The translations under genes and the position numbers were made by a program. DNA of 64,000 nucleotides from positions 64,020,404 through 64,084,403 of the forward strand of contig NC_068983.1 of assembly GCF_001194135.2 (NCBI RefSeq). Reading direction: 5' to 3'. Below are positions 11,751 through 23,567 of the stretch, in pieces. Origin of the DNA: Octopus bimaculoides. Lineage: Eukaryota. Under the pieces are notes generated by a model, which was not told where the DNA came from, did not search any database, and worked only from the letters and a program-made list of their open reading frames with translations. Each line of letters opens with the position of its first letter. The stretch's first letter is position 1.

Positions 11751-14180
11751 TAGCAAATTCTCGAGAGATGAGATCAGATCTATCTCAAATACCTTGTGCT
11801 AACAACTTATCTGTCATCTCCATTTATGAACTATTGGTTATAATTTCGAACTTAATGGCTCCAAAGTGATTGTGTCCTTACAACATAATGTAGATGTTTC
11901 TTCCTTAAACTTCCATGGATTACATTTTTAGCATTCGAAATCCATCAAACCAATAACGGGTTTAGGTGGGTTCATAATTGAGGTTGTAAGCCAGGACTAA
12001 CTGATAAAGTATTTTCGATTCAATTGACCTGTATAGTTTTCCAGCTAGGTAGTATTCGTTTCCAGACTAAGGTGTCTATCTTCTAAGCTTCCTCATTGAT
12101 CGGTGCCATTGAGTGGCATGACTTATTAAACTTCACTTTTTTTCTTATGCTCAGCTTTCTTCGCCGACCTTGCGTGTTGATGGTTATCAGATTTATGCTT
12201 TTTATCTTATACTATTATAGTCATGTGCTTTTATCGAATCGATTTCATAGATTCCAACCATTTTTTTTTGTAGTATCACTTTCATAGTTTCCAGTCTTAT
12301 TTTTTTTTCTTCTTCAGTATTGTTTTCGCTTACTTTCACATTCATATGTGGTATACCGTCTTTCTCGCAACTGCTCCGTTTCGGTGAAATTCAGTCCTGG
12401 CGAGCTATTTTTCTCTCAGCTGTTCTCTTTCACTGATCTTCCGTTTTCGGTTATTTTCACTGCTAGCATCAAATATTTCTCTTCACTGTTACTTTGTTTA
12501 ACTTTTTCTTTTAAAATTCTGTGGGAGTCCAAAGAAGGTTTCAAAACCTGGTAGCTTATGTTTCTACGAACCATGGTAGAAATAATAAAAAAAAACACTT
12601 TAAAACAATTTGTTATCTGATGTTCACATTTTAAATCTGTAATTTCCCTCTTTGGGCACCTGTTTTCGAGTGTTCTAGAGCGAACATGCACATAGGAATA
12701 CACTGACAAGAGTTTACATAATTGAAGTAAAGATAGAACCTGATATTTTGGATATATTTAACATAAATTCATTGCCCAATATTTTGCGGGTTTAAAATTA
12801 AAATAAGTTTTACTCAGACAGAATTTAGTTATATATAAAGCCATAGAATTGTTTAACTAAACAATAAAGCAAATCATGCAATGAAAATAAAAATAATGAT
12901 GGAAGAAAATAATGGAAAAGTATTTCACATGATATTGATTTAATCTCAAAAACTAACTTTATAAAAATAGTAAAACATTTGCATAATATTAGTATAACAC
13001 ATTAGATCAATAATGTTATTTACACTATCGATATCAATATATTTTTTGTTCATACAAATTTAACATGAAAATTTTTAATATTTCCAGCCCTATTAATATT
13101 TTCTAATAGTCTTAAAACTATTTATCGTCTTAAAAGTTTTCTACTTTTCATCGAAATTTGTCTCTTTATCATTTTTTAAACCTATAATATTTTTGAATTC
13201 TTAAATATCCTGTTCCAGAATAAACTAAAAGTTTTCTGTTCCTGCATATCCTAAAAATGTTATGCTCCATGAAAGATCTTCCTCTTCTAAAAGCTATATT
13301 CTACTGTAAATTGCAGAAGGACACAACAACGAAGAATTATGAAATTACCAGAAAAGTAACAAGTAGTATATCATATGCCACTAATATAGCTTCAATAATT
13401 AGAAAGAATATCAGAAAGGGCGGTGCATGCAATTTGTGGTTCCTAGTGGAGTGGACATACAGAGTTTATTCCTTTTTTAGTTTACTAAGAGTCTAGCTTA
13501 GGCATCCTATGTGTAATGATTAGATCGGACAAATACTCACTCATGATACCATTTACGCTCCTGGTTACATACATACATACATACATACATATACACATAC
13601 ACACACATATATATACATATATATATGTATATATGTGTGTTTATATATATATATATATATATATATNNNNNNNNNNNNNNNNNNNNNNNNNNNNNNNNNN
13701 NNNNNNNNNNNNNNNNNNNNNNNNNNNNNNNNNNNNNNNNNNNNNNNNNNNNNNNNNNNNNNNNNNNNNNNNNNNNNNNNNNNNNNNNNNNNNNNNNNNN
13801 NNNNNNNNNNNNNNNNNNNNNNNNNNNNNNNNNNNNNNNNNNNNNNNNNNNNNNNNNNNNNNNNNNNNNNNNNNNNNNNNNNNNNNNNNNNNNNNNNNNN
13901 NNNNNNNNNNNNNNNNNNNNNNNNNNNNNNNNNNNNNNNNNNNNNNNNNTATATATAAATAAGGATAAGATCAATATTTAAAATATTGATTTTATCAAGT
14001 GGCCAGCATGGGAATAAAAACCATCAAAGGTAATAATTATTAAAAATTATAATACAGGGTATCTATGAGATACCGCCACGCTGAAAAATAGCAGTCAACT
14101 CTTGATTTTAAACCACAATAATTGTCCACATAACACAAGGAGCGAAGACGACAAAATAAACCAGTAAAAATAACAAGATA

Positions 14181-14239
14181 ATTCCAGATCCTGGATTTCT
14201 GGCTTTGCATAAATAATGTTTTGCCTTCATCAGTGGAAT
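14181..14239 (-). ncRNA. Type I hammerhead ribozyme, intact core
   Basis: Minus-strand RNA: AUUCCA-CUGAUGA-A-GGC[AAAACAUUAUUUAUGCAAA]GCC-A-GAA-AUCC-A-GGAU-C-UGGAAU. Stem I is 6 bp (AUUCCA/UGGAAU), the core is CUGAUGA plus GAAA, stem III is near-palindromic AUCCAGGAU, and the cleavage triplet is AUC (cut between + positions 14187/14186). Confidence 0.8.
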
Positions 14240-14646
14240 ATACTCAGGCACATAAATACAAATACATGTATATAAACAGCATACTTACATATACGGACGT
14301 CTACACACATATCTATGCACGTATGTACACGACTAGCTTAAATAGCCCGCCTAAAAACTCCTCGTGCGATACGGACAGAATATCAGCGCAGTAAATACAC
14401 TGACAAAACAAATTTATATAAATAAGGATAAGATCAATATTTAAAATATTGATTTTATCAAGTGGCCAGCATGGGAATAAAAACCATCAAATGTAATAAT
14501 TATTAAAAATTATAATACAGGGTATCTATGAGATACCGCCACGCTGAAAAATAGCAGTCAAATCTTGACTTTAAACCACAATAAATGTCCACATAGCACA
14601 AGGAGCGAAGACGAAGACAAGATAAACCAGTAAAAATAACAAGATA

Positions 14647-14705
14647 ATTCCAGATCCTGGATGTCTGGCTTTGCATAAATAATGCTTTGCCTTCATCGGT
14701 GGAAT
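14647..14705 (-). ncRNA. Hammerhead ribozyme, inactivated paralog in tandem unit 2
   Basis: Same fold as 14181-14239 but the core is mutated to CCGAUGA and GACA. Confidence 0.7.
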
Positions 14706-17157
14706 ATACTCAGGCACATAAATACAAATACATGTATATAAACAGCATACTTACATACATATGTGTGTATACGTCCGTATATGTAAGTATTCTGCTTATA
14801 TATATATATATATAATTTTATATATAAATATANNNNNNNNNNNNNNNNNNNNNNNNNNNNNNNNNNNNNNNNNNNNNNNNNNNNNNNNNNNNNNNNNNNN
14901 NNNNNNNNNNNNNNNNNNNNNNNNNNNNNNNNNNNNNNNNNNNNNNNNNNNNNNNNNNNNNNNNNNNNNNNNNNNNNNNNNNNNNNNNNNNNNNNNNNNN
15001 NNNNNNNNNNNNNNNNNNNNNNNNNNNNNNNNNNNNNNNNNNNNNNNNNNNNNNNNNNNNNNNNNNNNNNNNNNNNNNNNNNNNNNNNNNNNNNNNNNNN
15101 NNNNNNNNNNNNNNNNNNNNNNNNNNNNNNNNNNNNNNNNNNNNNNNNNNNNNNNNNNNNNNNNNNNNNNNNNNNNNNNNNNNNNNNNNNNNNNNNNNNN
15201 NNNNNNNNNNNNNNNNNNNNNNNNNNNNNNNNNNNNNNNNNNNNNNNNNNNNNNNNNNNNNNNNNNNNNNNNNNNNNNNNNNNNNNNNNNNNTATATATA
15301 TAATAATAATAATATAGATTTAATCAAAAGATTAAATGTGGTACTTAAAATGTTTGAGGCACCAGAATTTGGTAGGGTAAAAACCAAAAACAAAATCAAG
15401 AGATTTGGTGAATAAAATTTGAAGAAAAGCAACACAAATTCAATAGGTTATAGCAGTACCTACGTTTTGTACAAACTTCATTTATTCATGTAGTGAGAAC
15501 ACTACATAAAATGTACAATGAAAATGTACTCCTCAGCTGCATGATGGAAAGTCATTTTGTAGATGTGTGCAAAAAACAAGAGTAAGAGAAGAAAAAAATA
15601 CCATCTTGACTGGGTTGCCATTCAACAGCCTAGTGAATCAAACAAGAATTTAATTACTATATAAACTAATTTTGATAACCAATTATGATTTCTAAAATAT
15701 TAAAGAAGTCAATGAGCATTATGTTTGCACTCATGATTGCAACTTTAGTTAGGGATACCTTGAATAAAATATCTAAGTCCGATTCTATGATGGCTGCTTC
15801 GTATTTTTGGGCTGAAGAAAGCAAGATTCCTGAAAATGATTGTATACTTGTATCGGTCTAATTCACAATGGAAATTATTGAAAAAGAACTTCTTTTTTAT
15901 GGCTACTGTGATAATTAAAGAAAATGAGACTATTTCAACCGACACCTAATACAAGGGCATGGACTCGATACTTTGGTTTCAGACATTTTCACCCATCCTA
16001 TATCAAAAGAAATATTAGAAATATCACAGTAAAGTTGACAAGACTTATAATGTCAATAGTTACGATTTCAAGTAGAAGTGGGTGGGAAAAAAACAAGCCA
16101 ACCAAAAATATTACTTCAAAAACAAAAACAACCGATAAACAAAGTAAATATTGTTATAAATAAGACAACAGAAATTCCAGACACTGAATTACGAAAAAAT
16201 CTTCACAATGAGAGTTAAGACAAAATCATAAATATTCTTTTAGTAGACATCCGTAATCTCAGAAATGTTGCGGCTGCATAATGTATTTGCAAAAAGCAAG
16301 TGGGAGATAAAGTGTGCAACACAGAGTTTATTCATGCTCGCGAAGCAGACGTTGTCTCATGGTAGGTACTCAGAGTCTATTGTCTAGAGAACTCATTCAT
16401 GCTCATACATACATACGTACATACATAATACATACATATATACATACATACATAGAAAGACACGTATGCATACATACATGTATGCATATATACATAAATA
16501 ATACTGATGTATGTGTGTGTGAATGTTTGCATGGAGGCATGTATGTATGTATCAGTTCATGTGTAGAAGTAGAGACGAGGAGTGAGTATATGAGTATATA
16601 CAAATACGTAAACATATATATATATAAATATATATATTTGCCGGGTGAAAGAGAGAGATAGCGAGATAGTCTAAGCCTGTGTAAGAGCGCGTTTGAGAAA
16701 ATATACGAGATAAAGGTAATCTATAACATATTATATCAATAAATATCTTTTACTTTATTCGAATTTCAATTTCAATTTGTCTTTTATAATTTATATATTT
16801 GAATAGCTTTAGATTATATTGGCCAAGAGATACCTTTCATTTGGCAATATTACAGTTTTCTTTCAGTTCGAAATAACAAAACGAATAAAAAAGAAGAGAA
16901 AGAAATCTTGTTGAAAAGCGAAAAGCAACAACAAAAAAGAAAAGATCATACACTCTATGAGAAATATTACACCAACACCAAAAACCAATATAGGACAATA
17001 CCTTTGGAAAAGATTAGATAACAAACAGATAAACAATTTCTTGTACAATAAATGTGCTGAGAATTAATAGTGATGTCGGAGTGTACTTATGCCTGAGAGA
17101 AACATTAAAACTTTAATGAAGAGTTCTGTTAGCTTGAAATATATCGGATGTTATGAT

Positions 17158-17158
17158 A

Positions 17159-17211
<53 letters not shown>

Positions 17212-17326
17212 ATAATATTATTATTACTGCTGCTACTACTATTACTGCTGCCGCTGCTGCTGCCGCTGCTGCTGCCGCTGCTGCTGCCGCTGCTGCTTAC
17301 TATGATGGTGTTGATGATAGTGTTGT

Positions 17327-17385
<59 letters not shown>

Positions 17386-17393
17386 GTGTTGAT
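17158..17393. repeat. Compound trinucleotide microsatellite (CTA)n-(CTG/CCG)n-(ATG)n
   Basis: Directly visible; it generates the poly-L/poly-M ORF 17089-17454. Confidence 0.97.
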
Positions 17394-17608
17394 GGTTTCA
17401 TATTTTGGCATTAGGCCAACAATTTCGGGCGATGGAATAAGTCGGTTAGATTGACCAATATTTTCAAACTGGTACTCATTTTATCGACCCCGAAAAGAAG
17501 AAAGACCAAATCGACTTCGGCGGAATTTGAATTCAATACACAAAATGGGACGAAATGCTGCTAAGCTTTTTGCCATGCATGTAAACAATTCTGCCAGCAC
17601 GCCACCTC
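17394..17608 (-). mobile_element. SINE family 2 copy
   Basis: CTGGTACTCATTTTATCGACCCCGAAA...CGGCGGAATTTGAA...GACGAAATGCTGCTAAGC...TTCTGCCAGCACGCCACC. Confidence 0.8.
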
Positions 17609-17610
17609 CA

Positions 17611-17656
<46 letters not shown>

Positions 17657-17699
17657 GATCGTGATGACGATGGTAACGATCATCATCATCATCATCATT

Positions 17700-18600
17700 T
17701 CTTTTATTCGCCTCAGGCGCATAGATAAGGGCGATATGCAAAAGAGAGACGATTGAAATGGAGCTTAATTAACAAATGAAGTGAAAGAAAGCAAAAATTC
17801 ATTCGGTGAAATGAGGTAAAAACATACATTGAATACAAACTGTGAGTACATGAAGGAGGCAGACTTACTGACACAGGAGAACCCCCAAGAAGGGCCAATC
17901 AAGAGACCCTACAGATCCAGGATTACATTTACCACCAAAGCACGATTCCAAGCCCAACTGTTTTTCTTCAATCTGCTGGCGCATGTTTAAAGCAAGTTCA
18001 CTAACCCTAACCGTTTTTACCGCAGTCAGCTAGTTATTGCAGATTCACTGTGAGATAGTGCTTCTCTCTTCTTCTTCACTTTCTCTTCCATGCGGAGCTA
18101 AAACACGTCGATGCGGCCTGCTGAAAAAAATGTTTTTGGGGGCTTGACTAAAGACATGAGTGATTTTCCTCAATTCTTTCAGCCTCATCCAGCAGATAAC
18201 CCCTGTGACCATAGCCTCTGAACAAAAGAACACTGCCTGCGTTTTTGAAGGTGGACGGTAGGGCGATTTGTACTCTAGACCTGGCCAATAGTCTGATTGG
18301 TCCTACACGCGACAAAAGCTTTCTGAAAATAACTCTACATATCAGTAATTCTCGAAGATTTCGGGAGTGCTTGAATGCATGCACAACGGTTTCGTCTCTC
18401 TGTGTGCGTCTCGAACAGTTCCGCATCCAGTGCTTCCGTGCTTATGGAGTTAATATCGAACCAGTAGTTCTCCTCAGTAGCACTGCAAAGTTGGGGATTT
18501 CTGAAAGTTAACCAATGTAGCTCTAAGTCCGAAAGTTCTCCGAAGCAGACTAGCTAGTACATATTCATCGACGATTACAGCGTCTCCGAGCATATCATCG
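17700..18600 (-). mobile_element. L1/Tx1-clade LINE, 3' fragment (zinc-knuckle region plus 3' UTR)
   Basis: ORF 18148-18426 reads RRTQRDETVVHAF...KLLSRVGPIRLLARSRVQIALP, and ORF 18045-18233 reads VICWMRLK. These resemble the degenerate CxxC...ETxxH region of Tx1-like elements. On the minus strand the piece ends in AATAAAAG followed by (ATG)n. Assigned from motif memory. Confidence 0.6.
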
Positions 18601-18707
18601 TTGTTACCTAGCACTAGATTCCAATATATTGCAAACATAGAATTTCACGGCCCGTATTGCATGCGGGTAGAGCAACCTCAGTTACATTATGGTGGGGATA
18701 TAAAAGT

Positions 18708-19192
18708 TTAATCAAAGTAGCCGACCTCAGCTTCCAACCTGCTCCGGAACCTCGTTCCTCGCCGTGTCCATGGGAAAATCCTTGAATACCTCTTTGATTT
18801 TGGCCACCAACATGACTTTGGCATCGCTGGCAGAGAGGGGTGCAATGTTCCTCAGCCGCGCTCCACACATAATAACCTATGGGATTAGAATCAAGGGAAG
18901 ATGGACGCCACAAACTGCAGATGCTTAAGTTGTAGACTCTTTCCGGAGATATGGCAAGGAGAAGAAACTTGCAGACACAAACATAGTAATTATCAGCAGC
19001 AACCCTCTCCAGCCAGCGATTGACCACATTTTTCATCAGCTTCACGTAGCCGTCTGAAATGCGCCTACGGTACTGTTCAAAGCGGTGAGGGTGAATTCCG
19101 GCTCGCGGAGACAGTCAGAACGCTTACTGCGTTCCTACTTGCCACAGCTTCGTGGCCTTCAGCAGTTATCATGTCGGGATTTTGACACCCAG

Positions 19193-19196
<4 letters not shown>
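18708..19196 (-). mobile_element. Tc1/mariner-superfamily transposase remnant (C-terminal DDD region, probably DD37D/maT-like)
   Basis: KLMKNVVNRWLERVAA...LWRPSSLDSNPIGYYVWS (compare WPPNSPDLNPLDYYVW), with a C-terminal RFRSRLEAEVGYFD* in a shifted frame. A possible left TIR lies at ~19170-19196; no right TIR was seen. Confidence 0.75.
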
Positions 19197-19276
<80 letters not shown>

Positions 19277-21237
19277 GGAATAGACGACATTCTTTGTATA
19301 TCACTACAATTGTTTCGACACATTGTTACACCCATTGTACATTTCCAAGATGTTTTGTAATAATGANNNNNNNNNNNNNNNNNNNNNNNNNNNNNNNNNN
19401 NNNNNNNNNNNNNNNNNNNNNNNNNNNNNNNNNNNNNNNNNNNNNNNNNNNNNNNNNNNNNNNNNNNNNNNNNNNNNNNNNNNNNNNNNNNNNNNNNNNN
19501 NNNNNNNNNNNNNNNNNNNNNNNNNNNNNNNNNNNNNNNNNNNNNNNNNNNNNNNNNNNNNNNNNNNNNNNNNNNNNNNNNNNNNNNNNNNNNNNNNNNN
19601 NNNNNNNNNNNNNNNNNNNNNNNNNNNNNNNNNNNNNNNNNNNNNNNNNNNNNNNNNNNNNNNNNNNNNNNNNNNNNNNNNNNNNNNNNNNNNNNNNNNN
19701 NNNNNNNNNNNNNNNNNNNNNNNNNNNNNNNNNNNNNNNNNNNNNNNNNNNNNNNNNNNNNNNNNNNNNNNNNNNNNNNNNNNNNNNNNNNNNNNNNNNN
19801 NNNNNNNNNNNNNNNNNNNNNNNNNNNNNNNNNNNNNNNNNNNNNNNNNNNNNNNNNNNNNNNNNNNNNNNNNNNNNNNNNNNNNNNNNNNNNNNNNNNN
19901 NNNNNNNTATATATATATGTGTGTTTAGGAAAAATAGAAGTTGAAAATGTATTGAGAATAGTTCAAATATTTCTTATTATATTTAAAGATTTAACCGGTT
20001 TTCCACTTTACACTGATTTTTAAAAGCTGAAATAGAAATGTCGCAATTGTTTTGCTTCTGACTAGTGTTTGAAGCTTGTCCTAATTGTATAAGGAGTTCA
20101 TGTCTCAAATTACTTTATGTTTTGAACAGAACTTCATTATCAGAGGATAGTCACATGAATGGTCATAAAGATAAGCTTCACTGTAAGTTTTCATTAAGTT
20201 AAATGGCTACGAAGTAATCTTTTAATCCGAGGGTAGATGGCGGTTGTCTAGTTGAAGTGCGCTTTTCATTTGACAACCCTGAACTCTGGTAGTGATTTGC
20301 AGAGTGTTGACAGAATGATCTTAGCGATGATCTTATATTTCCAGTTCGTATTTGACGAACTACCAAAATAATGTGGGTACACGGAACGCAAATCGAAGGT
20401 GTGTAGTCACTATGACCATTTAGAGAAGATACAGAAGACATCTATTAGTGGTCAACTCCTTTCCATATGCGGTGGTATGTTTGCAATACAAAATTTGAGC
20501 ATCAATGCAAGAGCTACTCGATTTTACTCTTTGAAGATTGATACTTCTAATGAATTTCTATATTTACAGTCCTCGAAGTACATGTATATAGCGGTTTCAT
20601 CGAGCAGTAAGCATGAAATCTTTTGCATGGTTGTATTCTGAAATGCGTATTTCGGAACATCCCGTTGTATAGATCATTGCACCGTGTCTTCTCTCCAATG
20701 TTTCACATTAGTACTGCGCGTTAAGGTGTGGCCATCAACTATTGTCAGAGGCGAGAAAGTGAGCTGCATTACCGACTATATTGTATAATTCTCCTCTTTT
20801 ATCTGATGGTAAGTATTCATTACTCTTGATATAGATGGGCATGTCCTTTTCCAAGATGAGTATGAGTATTGTGACACTGGCTTGTGGTTAATTCTTGTGC
20901 ACAACCTCTGTGACTGACGGAATCCCTTACATACTACTCACCGTATAACCAGGTTGCATGATATACACCAAAGCCTCAAATCTCAAGCGTCAGCAACTGT
21001 CTGGATGACAGCAAGGAGAAAGGTGATAAATGAATAATCGGGATAACTATTGGATAGCATGCTAATGTATGAAATATTACAGCAGGGGAAAAAACAATAA
21101 ATCTTAACTGTCACGAAAGACTTTATGCTTATCCTAAAGCCGATATTGCTTTCTGGTTTACATATATGCATAAATACGTACCAACAGGCATGCAAGCACA
21201 CACATACACAACACATATATGTAACTCTATGTATCGT

Positions 21238-21277
<40 letters not shown>

Positions 21278-21324
21278 TGTGTGTGTGTGTGTGTATGCCC
21301 ACACACTCGCGCATGCACACGCAT

Positions 21325-21364
<40 letters not shown>

Positions 21365-21876
21365 ATATACAAACATAGCAAGCGCACAAATATATGTATA
21401 TTGCTTCAAACACGGATGCAAGAAATTACTCAATCTAATGTTCTCTCGAGGCAGCAACCGAAAAAAGTAAAAGAGAAAATAACATTACAGCAATAAAAAC
21501 ATAGACGATCGTAACAACAACAACAACAACAATAACAACAATAGCAGTAGCAGAGGCAGCAAGAGCAACAAAAGCAACAATAAATTCATCTGACTTCACT
21601 TATCAAATCACCAATTTGCAATAACAAAATACTACATCTTCAACAATAGCATAAGACAGACAAAATTCCGAAACAAATGCTGCAGCACCTAACAGAAACT
21701 AAAGAACATCCAAAGCAACAATAAAGAAAGCAGTACACATCTTATCGATCACAAGACAGCAAGTAAGCATCCGCGTAATGCTCATCTTGCTAGAAATAGT
21801 AATGACATAACTCTTGAGTCATAACTTGTTTGAAAGTCGGAGGAACACATTTGATAAAACTCTCATGTAAATGTTA

Positions 21877-22018
21877 GGTGAGATAGCTCTATGGTAAGAA
21901 GTTTACTTCCCTACCACATGTTTCCAGGTTCAGTCCGACTGTGTGGTGCATTGGGCAAGTGTCTCCTACTACAGCCTTGTGAGTGAAATTGTCGGACGGA
22001 AACTGAAAGAGGCCCGTC

Positions 22019-22052
<34 letters not shown>

Positions 22053-22490
22053 GGAATTAAAAAAAAATAAAGACAAAGACAGGTGTGTAAAGAAACAACA
22101 AACAGGTGTATAAGTTTAACGCTCGGGAAGGTGAGAAGTCTTTTACGTTACGAGCCTATGCTCTTCAACAGAAAGGAACACGAGAAAATAAACAGAAACA
22201 GAATACAAAACGGAGAGAGAATAAAATAACGTGGTCAATGTATGTGTGTGTGTATGTATGTATGTATGTGCGTGTTTTTGTGTTTGTGTTTGTATGAGTG
22301 TCCTTCTGGCTGTGTTCGCCACCCACCAAGGCTTGACAACCTGCGTTGGTGTGTTTACATCCCCGTAATTAGTAGCTTGGGAAAGATGTCCGGTAGAATA
22401 TGTACCGGGCTTAGAAAAAAAAAAGTGGTGGAGGTTGATTCATTCGACTAAAACTTTTTCAAGGTGGTGCCCTTGATGACTGATAGAAGT
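21877..22490 (+). mobile_element. SINE family 1 copy, interrupted in its internal (TA)n by a ~190-bp insert (22050-22237)
   Basis: The 5' half (GGTAAGAAG...GGTTCAGTCC...GGGCAAGTGTC...GACGGAAACTGAAAGAGGCCCGTCG) and the 3' half (GCTTGACAACC...GGTGTGTTTACATCCCCGTAA...TTCGACTAAA) match 47152-47585. Confidence 0.8.
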
Positions 22491-22748
22491 AGAAGATAGG
22501 AGATAGATAAACATTAGAAAGAAAAATGAGTGCTGGAATGACTTTAATAATATATTTTCTTGTACTTCTTTTAACTGCATGTGAAGTTACTTTTAATGAC
22601 GAAAACAACAACGTTAACATCAGCTTTAATAACAACTGTAGCATTAATAAAATAGAAACAGCAATAAGAACAAGAACAACGCTGCTACATTGATCATAAT
22701 ATACTCATGGTGGAAGTACTAACAAATTAGTTGTAGCAACCAAATATA

Positions 22749-23567
22749 TTGGATCATCCAATAAATAATGCGTTTTTTTCAATTGCATGAACTAACGTCG
22801 GAGCGGGGCGGGATAAACTACCTGCATCAACTTACAATAAAAGCAGGTACTAATGTTAGCTTTTCATTATTATTAGTGTAAGTTTTGAAGATGCAGTTCG
22901 ATTTCAACTGTTATGTTTCCAAAGCAATTATATAAGTGGCAAAGGAACACATTCTGAATATTTTTCTTTATGAGTTCAATAAAAGCAACAACGCAACGGT
23001 AAGTGCGAGGAATTTTAATGCAGTGTATAGGGATCGGACAATAAGTGTAAGCCAGTGTCAAAGGTAGTTCCAGAAATTCCGAGCCGGAAACTACAGCCTA
23101 GAAGACGAGCCTCGTCCAGGAAGATATGTAGAGCACGACAAGAACGTCCTGCAAACCCTATTGGAATAAACTCCCATCGTAACTGTTGATTATCCATCAG
23201 GATAATGCTCGGCCACATACAGTGAGTATGTTATCTAAAGACAGGAGCGGCTTGAATGGGAAATAATGCCCCACCCACCATATTCGCCGGACATTGCCCC
23301 ATCTGATTGTCATTTATTCCGCAGTCGTCAAAATCATTTGGACGGAAAAAATACGAATTCTGTAGACATGGTCAGAACAGTATTGGAGGAGTATTTTTCG
23401 TTACGAACAAGTGAGTTTTGGAAGAGAGGCTTTGCAAGTCTAACAGATAGATAGAAAAGCATTGTAGAAAATAAAGGAGAACATATTTTATATTAAAAAA
23501 AAAACTTTAACCTAATTTTGAAAATTCAAAGAAGTATAAAACCCGCATTATTTATGGGATGACCCAA
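22749..23567 (+). mobile_element. Mariner (DD34D-type) element, internally deleted, with both TIRs and TA target duplications
   Basis: The left TIR TTGGATCATCCAATAAATAATGCG matches the reverse complement of the right TIR, TTGGGTCATCCCATAAATAATGCG (22/24). TA lies at 22747-8 and 23568-9. An N-terminal HTH region (FQKFRAGNYSLEDEPRPGR) is fused at ~23188 to HQDNARPH...HPPYSPDIAPSDCHLFRS. Confidence 0.93.

Larger units (their letters stand above)
13951..14790 (-). repeat. Tandem duplication, period ~463-466 bp (unit 1 13951-14412, unit 2 14413-14758), carrying hammerhead motifs; PLE pseudo-LTR or retrozyme-like
   Basis: AATAAGGATAAGATCAATAT at 13958 and 14421. The units are roughly 95% alike by eye. 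A 32-bp inverted segment ends unit 2, and (TA)n plus a gap lies on both sides. Confidence 0.9.

Noticed and set aside
11900-12710. Lys/Glu-rich minus-strand frames including ORF 12416-12709
   Set aside because: No recognisable domain and frequent stops. Composition is explained by a T-rich plus strand.
13951-14790. Tandem repeats as a CRISPR array
   Set aside because: Eukaryotic context, ~465-bp units with no repeat-spacer architecture, and no cas genes.
18000-18012. CTAACCCTAACC telomere-like dimer
   Set aside because: Only two units, inside a LINE 3' region.
20160-20990. Higher-complexity segment with faint RT-like words (YKIIAKII; VYIMQPGY) on the minus strand
   Set aside because: The motifs are isolated and not colinear with any family I can name. 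Left unclassified; tBLASTx would decide.
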